Shown here one piece after another: positions 21,500 through 32,092 of a DNA stretch of 56,068 nt. The notes under the pieces were generated by a model. It was not told where the DNA came from and made no database searches. It saw only the letters and a program-made list of their open reading frames with translations. Numbering within the stretch: the stretch's first letter is position 1; every line of letters begins with the position of its first letter. The stretch spans positions 1 to 56,068 of the forward strand of contig CABXST010000001.1 in NCBI GenBank assembly GCA_902514885.1, read 5' to 3'. Origin of the DNA: an uncultured Alphaproteobacteria bacterium (lineage in GTDB: Bacteria; Pseudomonadota; Alphaproteobacteria; HIMB59). The position numbers and the translations under genes are program-made.

Positions 21500-23518
21500 A
21501 TGGATCTTAGTAAATTAAATAAAGAACAAAAAATAGCAGTTGAGCATAAAAATGGACCACTTTTGGTACTTTCAGGAGCTGGAACAGGAAAAACTAGAGT
21601 TTTAACATCTAGATTTGTTTATATAGTTAAAAATTTAAATGTTAATTTTAATAAAATTATAGCTGTTACCTTCACAAATAAGGCTGCTAATGAAATTAAA
21701 GAAAGAGTAAAAAATGAACTCCAGAGTAATATTGATACTCCATGGGTAGGTACTTTCCACTCCATATTTGCAAAATTTTTAAGGAAGCATTCAGGTTTAG
21801 TAAATTTAAAATCAAATTTTACAATATTAGACATCGAAGACCAAAAAAAACTTTTAAGACAAGTTTTAGAGTACTGTAAAATTGATAAAGAAATAAGTGA
21901 AGCCATATATCATAACGAAATTCAAAATTTAAAAGATAATAAAATTCTTTTTAATGAAAATAAAAAGATCTCTAAATTTTCATCTATTGAAAGATTAGAT
22001 GACATATATTCTTATTATCAACAAAGATTAATCGAAATAAATGCTGTAGATTTTGGTGATATTCTTTTACATAGTTATCACATACTTTCTAATAATCCTG
22101 ATATTAAAAAATCTTACCAAAATTTCATTGAACATATTTTAATTGATGAGTTTCAAGATACAAACTTAATTCAATATGATTTAATTAAATTAATTTTAAA
22201 TTCAGATAAAAATTTATTTTGTGTTGGAGACGACGATCAATCAATTTATGCATGGCGTGGAGCAAATATTGAAAATATTATTAATTTTCCAAAGGAGTTT
22301 AAATCTTCTGTAGTTCGTCTAACAAAAAATTATCGCTCAAATAGCTCAATTTTAGAAGCAGCAGCATGCATAATAAGCAACAATAAAAATAGATTAGGCA
22401 AAGACTTAGTTAGTTTTAATGAAAAAATACCTGAACAAAAAATTAATTTAAATTCATTTTATTCTCAAGAGGAGGAGTCATTATGGATATCTGATAACAT
22501 ATCTAAAAAGTTTCAGGAAAATAATACTATCGGTATTTTAGTCAGACTGACAGCCCAAATGAGAAGTATTGAAGATAAGTTAATAAAATACGCTCTGCCA
22601 TATGAAATTATTGGTGGGCCAAGATTTTTTGAGAGAAAAGAAATCAAAGATATCTTGGCATATTTAAAACTAGCAAATAGTTATAGTGACGATCTTTCTT
22701 TTGAAAGAGTAATTAATTTACCTAAAAGAGGTATAGGAGACCAATCAGTTAAATTAATTATTAACAACGCGAGAGAAAATAAAATTTCTTTTTTTGAGTC
22801 TTTAGAAGTTTTATCTAACGAAAATAACTTACCCGGAGCGCTTATAGTTAAAACTAAACCATTTATTGATATTATAAAAAAAACATCTGATCTCATAAAG
22901 AAAACCACTTTAGAAGATATAGGTATCTTTATTATTGAGGAGTCAGGTTATTTAAAAATGCTTGAAAATGAGAAAAATAAATTGAAACAAGTAGAAAATG
23001 AGTCGCGAATAGACAATTTAAAAGAATTTGTAAATGCTTTATCTGAATTTGAAAATTTAGATGATTTCTTAGAACATGTTGGTTTGGTAAACGAAAATCA
23101 AAAAAAAACACATTCAAATTCTGTCAAACTAATGACTTTGCATGCTGCTAAAGGTTTAGAGTTTGATCACGTATATTTACCTGGCTGGGAGGAGGGTATC
23201 TTTCCAAGTTCTCGAGCATTAGAGCAAAATTCTTCAAAATCTCTTGAGGAAGAGAGACGACTTGCTTATGTAGGAATTACTAGAGCAAAGTTTGATTTAA
23301 ACTTAAGTTATGCTACTTCAAGATATACATATGGAATGAATAATTACTCATTACCATCAAGATTTTTGAATGAAATTTCAAAAATTGATAAAAATACAAA
23401 TAACTTAATTGATGAACATTCCCCGTCTAACTTAGAAAAAAAGATTACTTCTGATAATGTTCAATTGAGTCCTGGTAAAAAAAGGATGCTAGAATTTTTA
23501 AATAAAAATAGTAAATGA
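21500..23518 (+). CDS. uvrD: UvrD/PcrA SF1 DNA helicase
   Basis: GAGTGKT, TFTNKAA, DEFQD, VGDDDQSIY, TLHAAKGLEF, EERRLAYVGITRA. Confidence 0.95.
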   Translation: MDLSKLNKEQKIAVEHKNGPLLVLSGAGTGKTRVLTSRFVYIVKNLNVNFNKIIAVTFTNKAANEIKERVKNELQSNIDTPWVGTFHSIFAKFLRKHSGLVNLKSNFTILDIEDQKKLLRQVLEYCKIDKEISEAIYHNEIQNLKDNKILFNENKKISKFSSIERLDDIYSYYQQRLIEINAVDFGDILLHSYHILSNNPDIKKSYQNFIEHILIDEFQDTNLIQYDLIKLILNSDKNLFCVGDDDQSIYAWRGANIENIINFPKEFKSSVVRLTKNYRSNSSILEAAACIISNNKNRLGKDLVSFNEKIPEQKINLNSFYSQEEESLWISDNISKKFQENNTIGILVRLTAQMRSIEDKLIKYALPYEIIGGPRFFERKEIKDILAYLKLANSYSDDLSFERVINLPKRGIGDQSVKLIINNARENKISFFESLEVLSNENNLPGALIVKTKPFIDIIKKTSDLIKKTTLEDIGIFIIEESGYLKMLENEKNKLKQVENESRIDNLKEFVNALSEFENLDDFLEHVGLVNENQKKTHSNSVKLMTLHAAKGLEFDHVYLPGWEEGIFPSSRALEQNSSKSLEEERRLAYVGITRAKFDLNLSYATSRYTYGMNNYSLPSRFLNEISKIDKNTNNLIDEHSPSNLEKKITSDNVQLSPGKKRMLEFLNKNSK

Positions 23519-25233
23519 AATCTCAGCCTATAAATAAATTTTTAAAAGATAATAAAATAGATTTTTACCTTATAACAAATAATGATTTACATCTAAATGA
23601 AAGTCCAAATTTAGATTTAAAAGACATATATAAATTACTTAAATTTGATTGTACTAGGGGATATATACTTTTCTTTATAAACAAATTAATTTTTTTTACT
23701 GACTCTCGTTATACCTTAGCAGCAAAAAAATTTTTCAAGAATAATTGTGAAATTTACGATTTAAGTGAAACTTCTATTGTTGATTATCTTTTATCGCAAA
23801 ACAAAAATTTATCAGGCATTTTAGACTCAAAGTTAATTTCAATTAAAGAATTTAGAGAAATTAACTCTAAGTTAGAGAAAAATAAAATAATAATTACCCC
23901 CCAATCTAAAAACTTTTTCTTAAAGAATTATTATCCAAATTTTAATATTTCTTACCCATTGAGTATGCCAAAATATTTGATACCAAGACCTTTCATTAAA
24001 AATTTAAAATGGATCAAAAGTAAACTTAAAACTGATGGAATACTTATTTGGAATAATGCCCAAGTTGCATATTTGCTTAACCTAAGGTCTTTTGAGCTTT
24101 GGAATTCTACAAAGCCGTTTGCAGGTTTATTTATTCCTAAAAAAAATATTAATCCTATTTTAATAACAAATCATTTAAGTTTAAAAAAAGTAAGTAAAAT
24201 AAGTAAAAGTTTTCATATTTTTAAAGAAGAAAAATTTATTAAATATCTTAAATCATCAAAACTAAAAAATATTGAGACTTCTTATGAATTCTTAAATCTA
24301 AATATGTACATGCGATTATCTAATTTTCTAAATGTATCTGAGACCAAAATTAATTTATCTAAATACATGGGTATTAAAACATCTAAAGAAATAAAAAATA
24401 TAGAGTCTTGCCATATTGAAGATGGTTTAGCTGTTCTTAAATTTATTATTGAATTAAAACAAAAAAAAATTAATCCAAAAAATGAATATGAGGTTTCAGA
24501 AACTTTATACAATAAAAGAAAAGAGGGTATTAATTTTTTTAGAAATTCTTTTGATTATATTAGTGCATTTGACTCGAATGCTGCCATTGTTCATTACAAA
24601 CCACTCCCTGAGAAATCTTTATCATCAAAAAACAGAAATATATTATTAATTGATTCTGGCGCTCAATATTTAGAAGGAACTACAGATATTACAAGAGTAA
24701 TTAAAATTGGAGCTAAAAATCTTTCAAGAATTAAATTTTCATATACTTATTTGTTAAAGTCTTTAATCAGAATAGAAAACAAAATATTTCCAAGAAATAT
24801 TAGAACATCAGAAATAGATTCATTTATAAGAAAATATCTATCTAAATTCAATATAACTTATAATCATGGGACTGGACACGGTGTGGGTAATTTTGGCGAT
24901 GTACATGAAAAATATCCTATTATTTCCTCAAGATCTAACGATATTTTAGTTAAGAATGCTTTATTTTCCATTGAACCAGGTTACTACGTTGAAGGTCAAT
25001 TTGGTTTAAGAATAGAAAACTTATATTTAACTAAAAATATAAATAATAGTTTAAAACTAAAAAATGTTACATTAGTACCTTACGATTTGGATTTAGTTAA
25101 TTTTGAGTTAATCACAAACTTTGAGAGAAATTATATTAAAAAATATCACAGGGAAATTTATAAAACTTTTAAACCAAGATTGAGTGATAATTATAGAGAT
25201 TATTTTATAAAAAATTTAATTAATAAGATTTAA
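23515..25233 (+). CDS. Xaa-Pro aminopeptidase (M24B)
   Basis: TDSRY, DSGAQY..GTTDITR, HGTGHGVG, VHE, IEPGYY and RIEN metal-site motifs. Confidence 0.9.
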   Translation: MKSQPINKFLKDNKIDFYLITNNDLHLNESPNLDLKDIYKLLKFDCTRGYILFFINKLIFFTDSRYTLAAKKFFKNNCEIYDLSETSIVDYLLSQNKNLSGILDSKLISIKEFREINSKLEKNKIIITPQSKNFFLKNYYPNFNISYPLSMPKYLIPRPFIKNLKWIKSKLKTDGILIWNNAQVAYLLNLRSFELWNSTKPFAGLFIPKKNINPILITNHLSLKKVSKISKSFHIFKEEKFIKYLKSSKLKNIETSYEFLNLNMYMRLSNFLNVSETKINLSKYMGIKTSKEIKNIESCHIEDGLAVLKFIIELKQKKINPKNEYEVSETLYNKRKEGINFFRNSFDYISAFDSNAAIVHYKPLPEKSLSSKNRNILLIDSGAQYLEGTTDITRVIKIGAKNLSRIKFSYTYLLKSLIRIENKIFPRNIRTSEIDSFIRKYLSKFNITYNHGTGHGVGNFGDVHEKYPIISSRSNDILVKNALFSIEPGYYVEGQFGLRIENLYLTKNINNSLKLKNVTLVPYDLDLVNFELITNFERNYIKKYHREIYKTFKPRLSDNYRDYFIKNLINKI

Positions 25234-27210
25234 AAAATCTTTCTCATTTAAAATATTAATATTTAAATCATTAGCTTTTTTTAATTTAGAGCCAGATTTT
25301 TCTCCATATACAAGTATATCTAAATTTTTTGAAACGTTTGAGGCAATTTTATATCCTTTTTTTTTTGCTAATTCTTTTGCCCTATCACGTGACATTTTTT
25401 TAAGAGTTCCGGTAAATAAAATACTTTTGTTAAGACTTTCATAATTACGTTCAATTTCCTCAATTTTAATTATATCAAGGATTGTAAATGACTCTTTAAG
25501 ATTATCCTCATTAGAAAAGTAATTAATAAATGAATTGATTGCTTTTTCACCTAGTCCATCAATATTTTCAAGTTGTTCTCTTAGTTTTTTTGATTTAATG
25601 AAATTTTTAAATCTACTTTTATTTTTAAAATTTAAAGATATAAGCTCAGAATTATTTTCACCTAAATACCTTAAACCAAGAGAAAATAAATATCTTGATA
25701 AAGAAGTAATCTTTGATTTGTTTATGGATTCAATAAGATTTAAAAAGGATTTTTCACCAAATCCATCTAGTTTAATAATTTTATCTTTATGATTTTCTAA
25801 TTCGTATATATCATGTTTTTCAGAAATTAAATTAAGACTAACAAATTTTTCAATCAATTTCTCACCAAGTCCGTCTATGTTCATTGCCTTCCTAGATACA
25901 AAATGCTTTAAAGTTTCCAAGTTTTGATATTTACATTGATTTTTTCCTACACTACACCTTTGTACTGCCTCACCTTTGATTTTTATTATTTTATTTCCAC
26001 ATAAACATTTTTTTGGAATGTTAAATTTTTTATTTGAAATTTTCCTTTTCTCGATATCAACTTTTGAAACATAGGGAATTACATCTCCAGCTCTTTTTAC
26101 CCAAACAAAATCATCAATCCTTATATCTTTTCTAATAATTTCATCAAAATTATGAAGAGTAGCATTTGATACTATTACCCCTCCAATATTAATTGGCTTT
26201 AATCTAGCTACAGGTGTAATAGCCCCTGTCCTTCCTATTTGTAGTTCTATTTTTTTAACTTGAGTTAATGCTTCTTCAGAACTAAATTTAGCTGCTATTG
26301 CCCATCTAGGAAATTTATTGGTATTTCCTAACATTCTCTGAAAATCCAAGCCACTAATTTTGATTACCATTCCATCAATATCAAAGTTAATTAAGGATCT
26401 CTTTTTCTCAATCTCTGATATGTAAGTATAAATATTATTTAAACTATTGTATTTCCTTGCATAGCCAGTTTGATCAAAATTATTTTTTCTGCAAAAAATT
26501 AAAAATTCTTCAAAGGTTAAAAACTCTTGTTCATAAGATAGTTTACCATATCCATGTGGTATAAATCTTAAAGGTCGATCTTTTGCGATTTTACTATTAA
26601 TTTGACGAAGAGATCCTGAGGCGGCATTTCTAGGATTTGAAAACTGATTTTTTTTTTCAAATTTATTATTTAACTTTTCAAAATCATCTCTCAAAAAAAA
26701 TACTTCACCTCTGATCTCTATTAGGTCAGACTTACAATTTTTTAAAACTTTAGGTATACCTTTAATACCTAAAACATTTTCTGTGATCTCTTCTCCAATT
26801 ATTCCATCACCTCTTGTAATTGCTTTAAATAATTTATTATTTTTATATATGATAGATAGAGAGACCCCATCTATTTTACAATCTACATTAAATATATAAT
26901 CTGAATTTTTTTTTTTTAAAAAATTTGTTGCTTTATTAAAGAAATCCTCTGAGTCACTTAAACTAAAACTATTTGATAAAGATAGCATAGGTTCATAGTG
27001 TCTGAACTTCGCAAATTTGTTAGAGGGTGAAGCGCCTATACCTAGATTGTCTAATCTTCTTAACTCAGGATTATTAGATAATAAATAATCATACTTTTTC
27101 TTTAGATTATCATAATTCGAGTCATCAATTGATGGATTTGAGTTGTAATATTCATTATTATATTTTTTTAATTTATCTCTTAGTTTAATAAAACTATTTT
27201 TTGTAATCAT
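25216..27210 (-). CDS. ligA: NAD-dependent DNA ligase
   Basis: PMLSL, KIDG, TRGDG, RGEV, NPRNAASGSLRQ, four-Cys zinc finger, BRCT domain. Confidence 0.97.
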   Translation of the reverse strand: MITKNSFIKLRDKLKKYNNEYYNSNPSIDDSNYDNLKKKYDYLLSNNPELRRLDNLGIGASPSNKFAKFRHYEPMLSLSNSFSLSDSEDFFNKATNFLKKKNSDYIFNVDCKIDGVSLSIIYKNNKLFKAITRGDGIIGEEITENVLGIKGIPKVLKNCKSDLIEIRGEVFFLRDDFEKLNNKFEKKNQFSNPRNAASGSLRQINSKIAKDRPLRFIPHGYGKLSYEQEFLTFEEFLIFCRKNNFDQTGYARKYNSLNNIYTYISEIEKKRSLINFDIDGMVIKISGLDFQRMLGNTNKFPRWAIAAKFSSEEALTQVKKIELQIGRTGAITPVARLKPINIGGVIVSNATLHNFDEIIRKDIRIDDFVWVKRAGDVIPYVSKVDIEKRKISNKKFNIPKKCLCGNKIIKIKGEAVQRCSVGKNQCKYQNLETLKHFVSRKAMNIDGLGEKLIEKFVSLNLISEKHDIYELENHKDKIIKLDGFGEKSFLNLIESINKSKITSLSRYLFSLGLRYLGENNSELISLNFKNKSRFKNFIKSKKLREQLENIDGLGEKAINSFINYFSNEDNLKESFTILDIIKIEEIERNYESLNKSILFTGTLKKMSRDRAKELAKKKGYKIASNVSKNLDILVYGEKSGSKLKKANDLNINILNEKDFLNLIN

Positions 27211-27214
27211 TTTT

Positions 27215-28861
27215 TTAATTTTGAAGTAAATCTGAAGCTACTTTTTTAGCAGTCTCAGTGATTTTAGTTCCACTTATTAAACTTGCTATTTCATTAACTC
27301 TTGACTCATTATTTAACTCAAAAATTTCACTTGTCATCTCATTATTTCTAATGACTTTCTCAATTTTCCAATGCTTGTCTGCTTTTGAAGCAACTTGAGG
27401 TGAATGTGTTATGGCTATAACTTGATTTTTTTTTGATATATTATTGATTTTCTCAGAGACATTAGTCGCAATTTTGCCACTCAAACCACTATCTACTTCA
27501 TCAAAAATAAGAGTAAGATCCTTATCATTATTAGCTGATAATGATTTAATTATCAAAAGTAACCGAGATAATTCTCCCCCAGAGGCTACTTTTTTTATCG
27601 AGCTAAAATCAGAATTTTTATTTGTTCTAAATAAAACATCTAGTTCATCATATCCTTGAGAATTGTAATCGTTTTCATCTTTTTCTGAAAACTTAAAAAT
27701 AATTTGACCTTGTTCTATATTTACAATTGGTAATTCTTTATTTATCTTTTCAGATATTTTTTTTGACTCTTTTTTTCTAAAATTAGATATTTTTAAAGCC
27801 TCTTCTTTATAATTATTAAGATCATTAGTATATTTATTAAAAAGAATTTTTTTTTCTTTATCAAAATTTTCAAGTGAATCGATTTCAGTTAATATTTCTT
27901 CTCTAATAGAAAACAAATTTTCAGGATTTACCTCAAAAAACTTTGAGAGTTGTTGATATTGATAAATCTTTTCGTCAATTTCGTCAAAATCAATTTCATC
28001 GTAATCTACAGAATTAAATTTATTTTCTAACTCATTCATTAATTCATTTATGTCCAATATTAAAGAGGCAAATTTTTGTGAAATATCCGAGTGCTCTTGA
28101 TTTATATCTACTAATTTAAAAAGATTTTTTTCTATTGTGTTTAAGTTATCATTTGAGTTATAAATTGATATTGATTTTTTTATTTCATATGAAATTTCAC
28201 TATATTTTTTAATATTTTTATTTAAATTTCTTTTGTTAAGAAGTTCTTCATATTCATTTGCAATTGGATTCAATATTTTAATTTTATTATTTTTGTTTTT
28301 TAATATTTCTAGTTTCTCATTTATATTTTTTTCATTGTCCAAATGGGTTTTATAAATATTTTTTGAGTCTTTTAGTTTTTTGAAATTAGATTTTAAATTA
28401 TCTGTTTTTATACCACCTATATTATCAATAAATTTAAGGAAATATTTGTTATTAAATAATTCTTGTTGCTCAAAATTCTCTTGAAATTCGATAACATTTT
28501 TTAAAATCCTTTTTATGTTGTTGAGAGGTTTCATTTCACCATTAATTAATAATTTTGATTTTTGATTTGAGTCTATGAATCTTTCTACAATCAAATAATC
28601 ATCCTCAATAAAAAGGTTGAGTTCATCTAGATTTTTTTTAATCAAACTATTAATTTCAAATACTGCTTTGATCGATGAAATTTCATTTTCTTTTAAGTTC
28701 AGTCTAGTTTGGTTTTTTCCACCAAGAGCTAATTTTAACCCTTCTATAATAATGGACTTACCAGCACCTGTTTCTCCAGTAAATGCATTAAAACCATTAA
28801 TGAAGTTAATAGATATTTTTTTTATTAATAAAAAATTTTTAATTTCCAGTAAAACTAACAT
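27215..28861 (-). CDS. recN: DNA repair protein RecN
   Basis: TGETGAGKS, coiled coil, ASGGELSR, IFDEVD, ITHSPQVAS. Confidence 0.93.
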   Translation of the reverse strand: MLVLLEIKNFLLIKKISINFINGFNAFTGETGAGKSIIIEGLKLALGGKNQTRLNLKENEISSIKAVFEINSLIKKNLDELNLFIEDDYLIVERFIDSNQKSKLLINGEMKPLNNIKRILKNVIEFQENFEQQELFNNKYFLKFIDNIGGIKTDNLKSNFKKLKDSKNIYKTHLDNEKNINEKLEILKNKNNKIKILNPIANEYEELLNKRNLNKNIKKYSEISYEIKKSISIYNSNDNLNTIEKNLFKLVDINQEHSDISQKFASLILDINELMNELENKFNSVDYDEIDFDEIDEKIYQYQQLSKFFEVNPENLFSIREEILTEIDSLENFDKEKKILFNKYTNDLNNYKEEALKISNFRKKESKKISEKINKELPIVNIEQGQIIFKFSEKDENDYNSQGYDELDVLFRTNKNSDFSSIKKVASGGELSRLLLIIKSLSANNDKDLTLIFDEVDSGLSGKIATNVSEKINNISKKNQVIAITHSPQVASKADKHWKIEKVIRNNEMTSEIFELNNESRVNEIASLISGTKITETAKKVASDLLQN

Positions 28862-28866
28862 TATAA

Positions 28867-29739
28867 TTAATTTATAGGTTGAATTGAACTATTTTTAGAA
28901 TTTCTTTCCCCATCTTCTCTCAATAACTTTATTGGATTAAATTTTTCAAACCATTTTTCATTATCAATTATATCATCTAATCCATTAATTAAATTATAAG
29001 ATTTTTTATACCAATTACTTTTGGGAAAATTGTATGCTAGTATAGATGCATAATTTTTCGCTAACTCATATTCTTCTAATGTATAATATATTTTTGTTAT
29101 CAAGAACAATGTTTCTTCGATTAAGATACTAGAACTATGATCACTATAAATATCTAGTAAATATACTAAAGCACCATTAGTATTACCTTTATCTAAATAA
29201 AATTTTGCAATACTTATCTTCTCCGCAGCTAAATTGTTATTTATGACTTTAATTTTTGTAAGAATATCAATTTCATATTTACTATTGGGAAAAGCATTTA
29301 ATATAAAATTAAATTTATTTAATGCCATATCAGTATTTTCTTGGCTGTATTCAGATTTTTTCATTAGTACATAAAATGTCATAGCTTCTAAATAATTAGC
29401 ATAGACAATATCTTTACTACCTGGGTAATAGTTTTTATACATTTCTGCTATAGCTCTAGTTTTCTCATAATCTTTGTTCAAAAAATAAATGTAAGCAGTT
29501 ACCAACATACTTTTTTTTGCATAAGGACTGCTGGGATAGAGTACTTCAATTTTATCTAATTCAATTAATGCCAATTCAAGTTGATTAGATATAATGTAAT
29601 TATTAGCAAAATTAAATAATTCATAATCTTTATATTTATTATTTTCATAAAGACTTTGATCATTTTTGTATTCATCATTATCATTAGATGAACAAGAAAT
29701 TATAAACAAAAATAAAAGAATAAGAATCGTACTTTTCAC
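28867..29739 (-). CDS. bamD: Outer membrane protein assembly lipoprotein BamD
   Basis: GTG start, lipobox IISC, TPR repeats (YPSSPYA, YYPGS, FPNSKY); directly upstream of recN. Confidence 0.9.
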   Translation of the reverse strand: MKSTILILLFLFIISCSSNDNDEYKNDQSLYENNKYKDYELFNFANNYIISNQLELALIELDKIEVLYPSSPYAKKSMLVTAYIYFLNKDYEKTRAIAEMYKNYYPGSKDIVYANYLEAMTFYVLMKKSEYSQENTDMALNKFNFILNAFPNSKYEIDILTKIKVINNNLAAEKISIAKFYLDKGNTNGALVYLLDIYSDHSSSILIEETLFLITKIYYTLEEYELAKNYASILAYNFPKSNWYKKSYNLINGLDDIIDNEKWFEKFNPIKLLREDGERNSKNSSIQPIN

Positions 29740-29741
29740 AA

Positions 29742-30383
29742 ATGAATTATAGCCCCAGAAAAAAAAATAAAATAGTCAAATTTATAGTCTTACACTACAC
29801 TGGTATGAAAACTCTTAAATTAGCTTATAAAAAATTATCACATAAAAGTTCAAATGTAAGTGCACACTATTTGATATCAAGTAAGGGCACTATCTTTAAT
29901 TTATTATGTCCAAAATATAAAGCTTGGCATGCAGGTAAATCAAAATGGAACAATATAGAAAATATTAATGATTATTCAATTGGTATTGAACTTGAAAATA
30001 AAGGCCATTATTTTGGATATTCAAATTTTTCTAAAAAACAATATAGCTCATTAAAAAAGTTGATTATTTTTTTAAAAAAAAATTTTTATATCATAGATAA
30101 AGATATAATTTTTCATTCAGATATAGCTCCCAATAGAAAACAAGATCCTGGTGAGAAGTTTTTTATAAATAAAATTGGAGTCAATAGATTTAATAAAAAA
30201 AATATAAAAAAAAAATATAATTTAGATGAAATGTTAAATTTATATGGTTTCCATACTTCATATATTAAAAATTATAAAAAATATTGTATTAAGGCCGTTA
30301 AAAGATCATTAAACTATAAAGATATAAATTTTTCTGAGTCTAAAAAATTTTTAAAAGATTTTTATAATTTATTATTTAACTAA
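29742..30383 (+). CDS. N-acetylmuramoyl-L-alanine amidase (Amidase_2, AmpD/AmiD-like)
   Basis: VLHYT, SAHYLI, AWHAG, SIGIELEN, HSDIAP.RK.DPG; upstream of rnpB-mraZ as in other alphaproteobacteria. Confidence 0.92.
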   Translation: MNYSPRKKNKIVKFIVLHYTGMKTLKLAYKKLSHKSSNVSAHYLISSKGTIFNLLCPKYKAWHAGKSKWNNIENINDYSIGIELENKGHYFGYSNFSKKQYSSLKKLIIFLKKNFYIIDKDIIFHSDIAPNRKQDPGEKFFINKIGVNRFNKKNIKKKYNLDEMLNLYGFHTSYIKNYKKYCIKAVKRSLNYKDINFSESKKFLKDFYNLLFN

Positions 30384-30401
30384 TTTATGTATTATACCTA
30401 C

Positions 30402-30727
30402 GGGTAGCGTGCAGTCGCTTTGTTTTACAAAGAGGAAAGTCTGAGCTCGCGTAGAAAGTGATAACGGATAACATCCGTCGAGGGTAACCTTAGGGAAAGT
30501 GCAGCAGAAACAAACCGCCATAAGGTAAGGGTGAAAAGGTGAGGTAAGAGCTTACCGGATACATAAAAAGTATCGCAATATGCAAACCCTATCACGAGTA
30601 AGATCAAATAGAGGCTTAAACTATTTCTACAGTTGGTCTGGGTTGATCGCTAGAATTAACTAGTAATAGTTAATCTAGATAAATGACTGCAATTTTTTTT
30701 AATACAGAACTCAGCTTATAGCTACCC
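30402..30727 (+). ncRNA. rnpB: RNase P RNA (type A, compact)
   Basis: P1 GGGTAGC/GCTACCC, P2 GCAGTC/GACTGC, P4 GAGGAAAGTCTGAGC...ACAGAACTCAGCTTA, conserved GAAAGTGC.CAGAAA and AAGGGTGAAA. Confidence 0.96.
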
Positions 30728-30750
30728 AATTCTATTTACTATTTACTATA

Positions 30751-30779
30751 AATCCCATATAATCCCATAAAATACCATG
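30751..30779. promoter_or_regulatory. Putative MraZ operator: three repeats with a 10-bp period
   Basis: AATCCCATA-t-AATCCCATA-a-AATACCATG immediately upstream of mraZ; the reverse complement gives TGGGA boxes 5 nt apart, as in known MraZ sites. Confidence 0.72.
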
Positions 30780-31193
30780 TTAATGTTTTTATCATCTTTT
30801 TATGGAATTATAGACTCAAAAAATAGAATTGCTATTCCATCATCTTTTAGATCAACAATTAACAGCTCTAAGGAAAAAACATATTTATTTAAAAGTTTAA
30901 AATATGAGTGCTTGGAGGTGCACTTATCTTCCAAAATTAATTCATTGATTAAAAGTTTTGACGAAAAAGATTTTTTTTCAAAAAAAAATGATCATTTTAA
31001 AACAGCTATATTGTCTGATCTAGAAGAAATAAATATTGATAAAGAGGGGCGGTTTATAGTAAAAGAACAACTTCAAAAATTTTCTAAATTATCTAAACAA
31101 ATAATTTTTATTGGTAAGGGTAATCATTTTGAAATTTGGGAAAAGAAATTAGGAGAAATTCATAAAAAAATTTCCAGAGCAAAATTTAAATGA
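30777..31193 (+). CDS. mraZ: Transcriptional regulator MraZ
   Basis: Two IDxxxR motifs (IDSKNR, IDKEGR), FEIW; first gene of the dcw cluster. Confidence 0.92.
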   Translation: MLMFLSSFYGIIDSKNRIAIPSSFRSTINSSKEKTYLFKSLKYECLEVHLSSKINSLIKSFDEKDFFSKKNDHFKTAILSDLEEINIDKEGRFIVKEQLQKFSKLSKQIIFIGKGNHFEIWEKKLGEIHKKISRAKFK

Positions 31194-32092
31194 TCAGAGA
31201 TCAACATATACCTATAATGAAAAATGAAATTTTATCATTTATTAATACAAAAAAAAATCTTTCTATCTTAGATTGTACATTCGGGGGAGGGGGCCATTCT
31301 AAAAAATTTTTAGAAAATGGACATTTTGTAACTGCTATTGACCAAGATGATAATTCTTTATTTATTGCCAACCAATTAAAAAAAAACTTTCCTAATATAT
31401 TTTTTTATAAAAATAACTTTAAAAATTTAGATCTATTAGATTTAAATACAAAAAAATTTAACTTCATTTTATTAGATCTTGGGTTTTCATCTATTCAGTT
31501 AGACGATAATGATATTGGACTATCTTTCAAAATAAATTCTGATTTAAATATGAATTATTTAGGTGGTGATTTAAATGCATATAAAATAATCAATTACTAC
31601 AATATAGACGAACTCAAAAGAGTTTTTCATGTGTATGGTGAAATTAATCAAGCTGAAAAGTTAGCTAAATATATCATAAATAAGAGATCTATAAAAAAAA
31701 TTGACACTAACTTCGAATTCATAGAGGTTTTGCGAGAAAGTGGTGTTAATTTTAGATCAAAAAAAATACACTTTGCAACTCAAGCATTTCAAGCATTAAG
31801 AATTGAGTCTAATAATGAACTAGAAAATCTAGAAATATTCTTAAAAAAAGTACATGATTTTTTAGATATTAATGCATATTTAGCAATAATTTCCTTTCAT
31901 AGTTTAGAAGATCGATTAGTAAAAAATTATTTCAGAGATAATAAAGTTAAGAAAAACAATAACTTTCAAAATAATAAAGATTGGGGCTTTGAAATACTTA
32001 CAAAAAAACCATTAACTCCATCAAAATTAGAATTAATTGAAAACAATAGGTCTAGATCTGCAAAATTGAGAGTTGGAAGGTTTATAAATTGA
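31190..32092 (+). CDS. rsmH: 16S rRNA m4C1402 methyltransferase
   Basis: HIPIM, DCTFGGGGHS, DLGFSSIQLD, FQALRI, ISFHSLEDR, RSRSAKLR. Confidence 0.96.
   Translation: MIRDQHIPIMKNEILSFINTKKNLSILDCTFGGGGHSKKFLENGHFVTAIDQDDNSLFIANQLKKNFPNIFFYKNNFKNLDLLDLNTKKFNFILLDLGFSSIQLDDNDIGLSFKINSDLNMNYLGGDLNAYKIINYYNIDELKRVFHVYGEINQAEKLAKYIINKRSIKKIDTNFEFIEVLRESGVNFRSKKIHFATQAFQALRIESNNELENLEIFLKKVHDFLDINAYLAIISFHSLEDRLVKNYFRDNKVKKNNNFQNNKDWGFEILTKKPLTPSKLELIENNRSRSAKLRVGRFIN

Noticed and set aside
30425-30607. 60-aa minus-strand ORF
   Set aside because: It lies antisense within RNase P RNA; the open frame is explained by the higher GC of the RNA gene.
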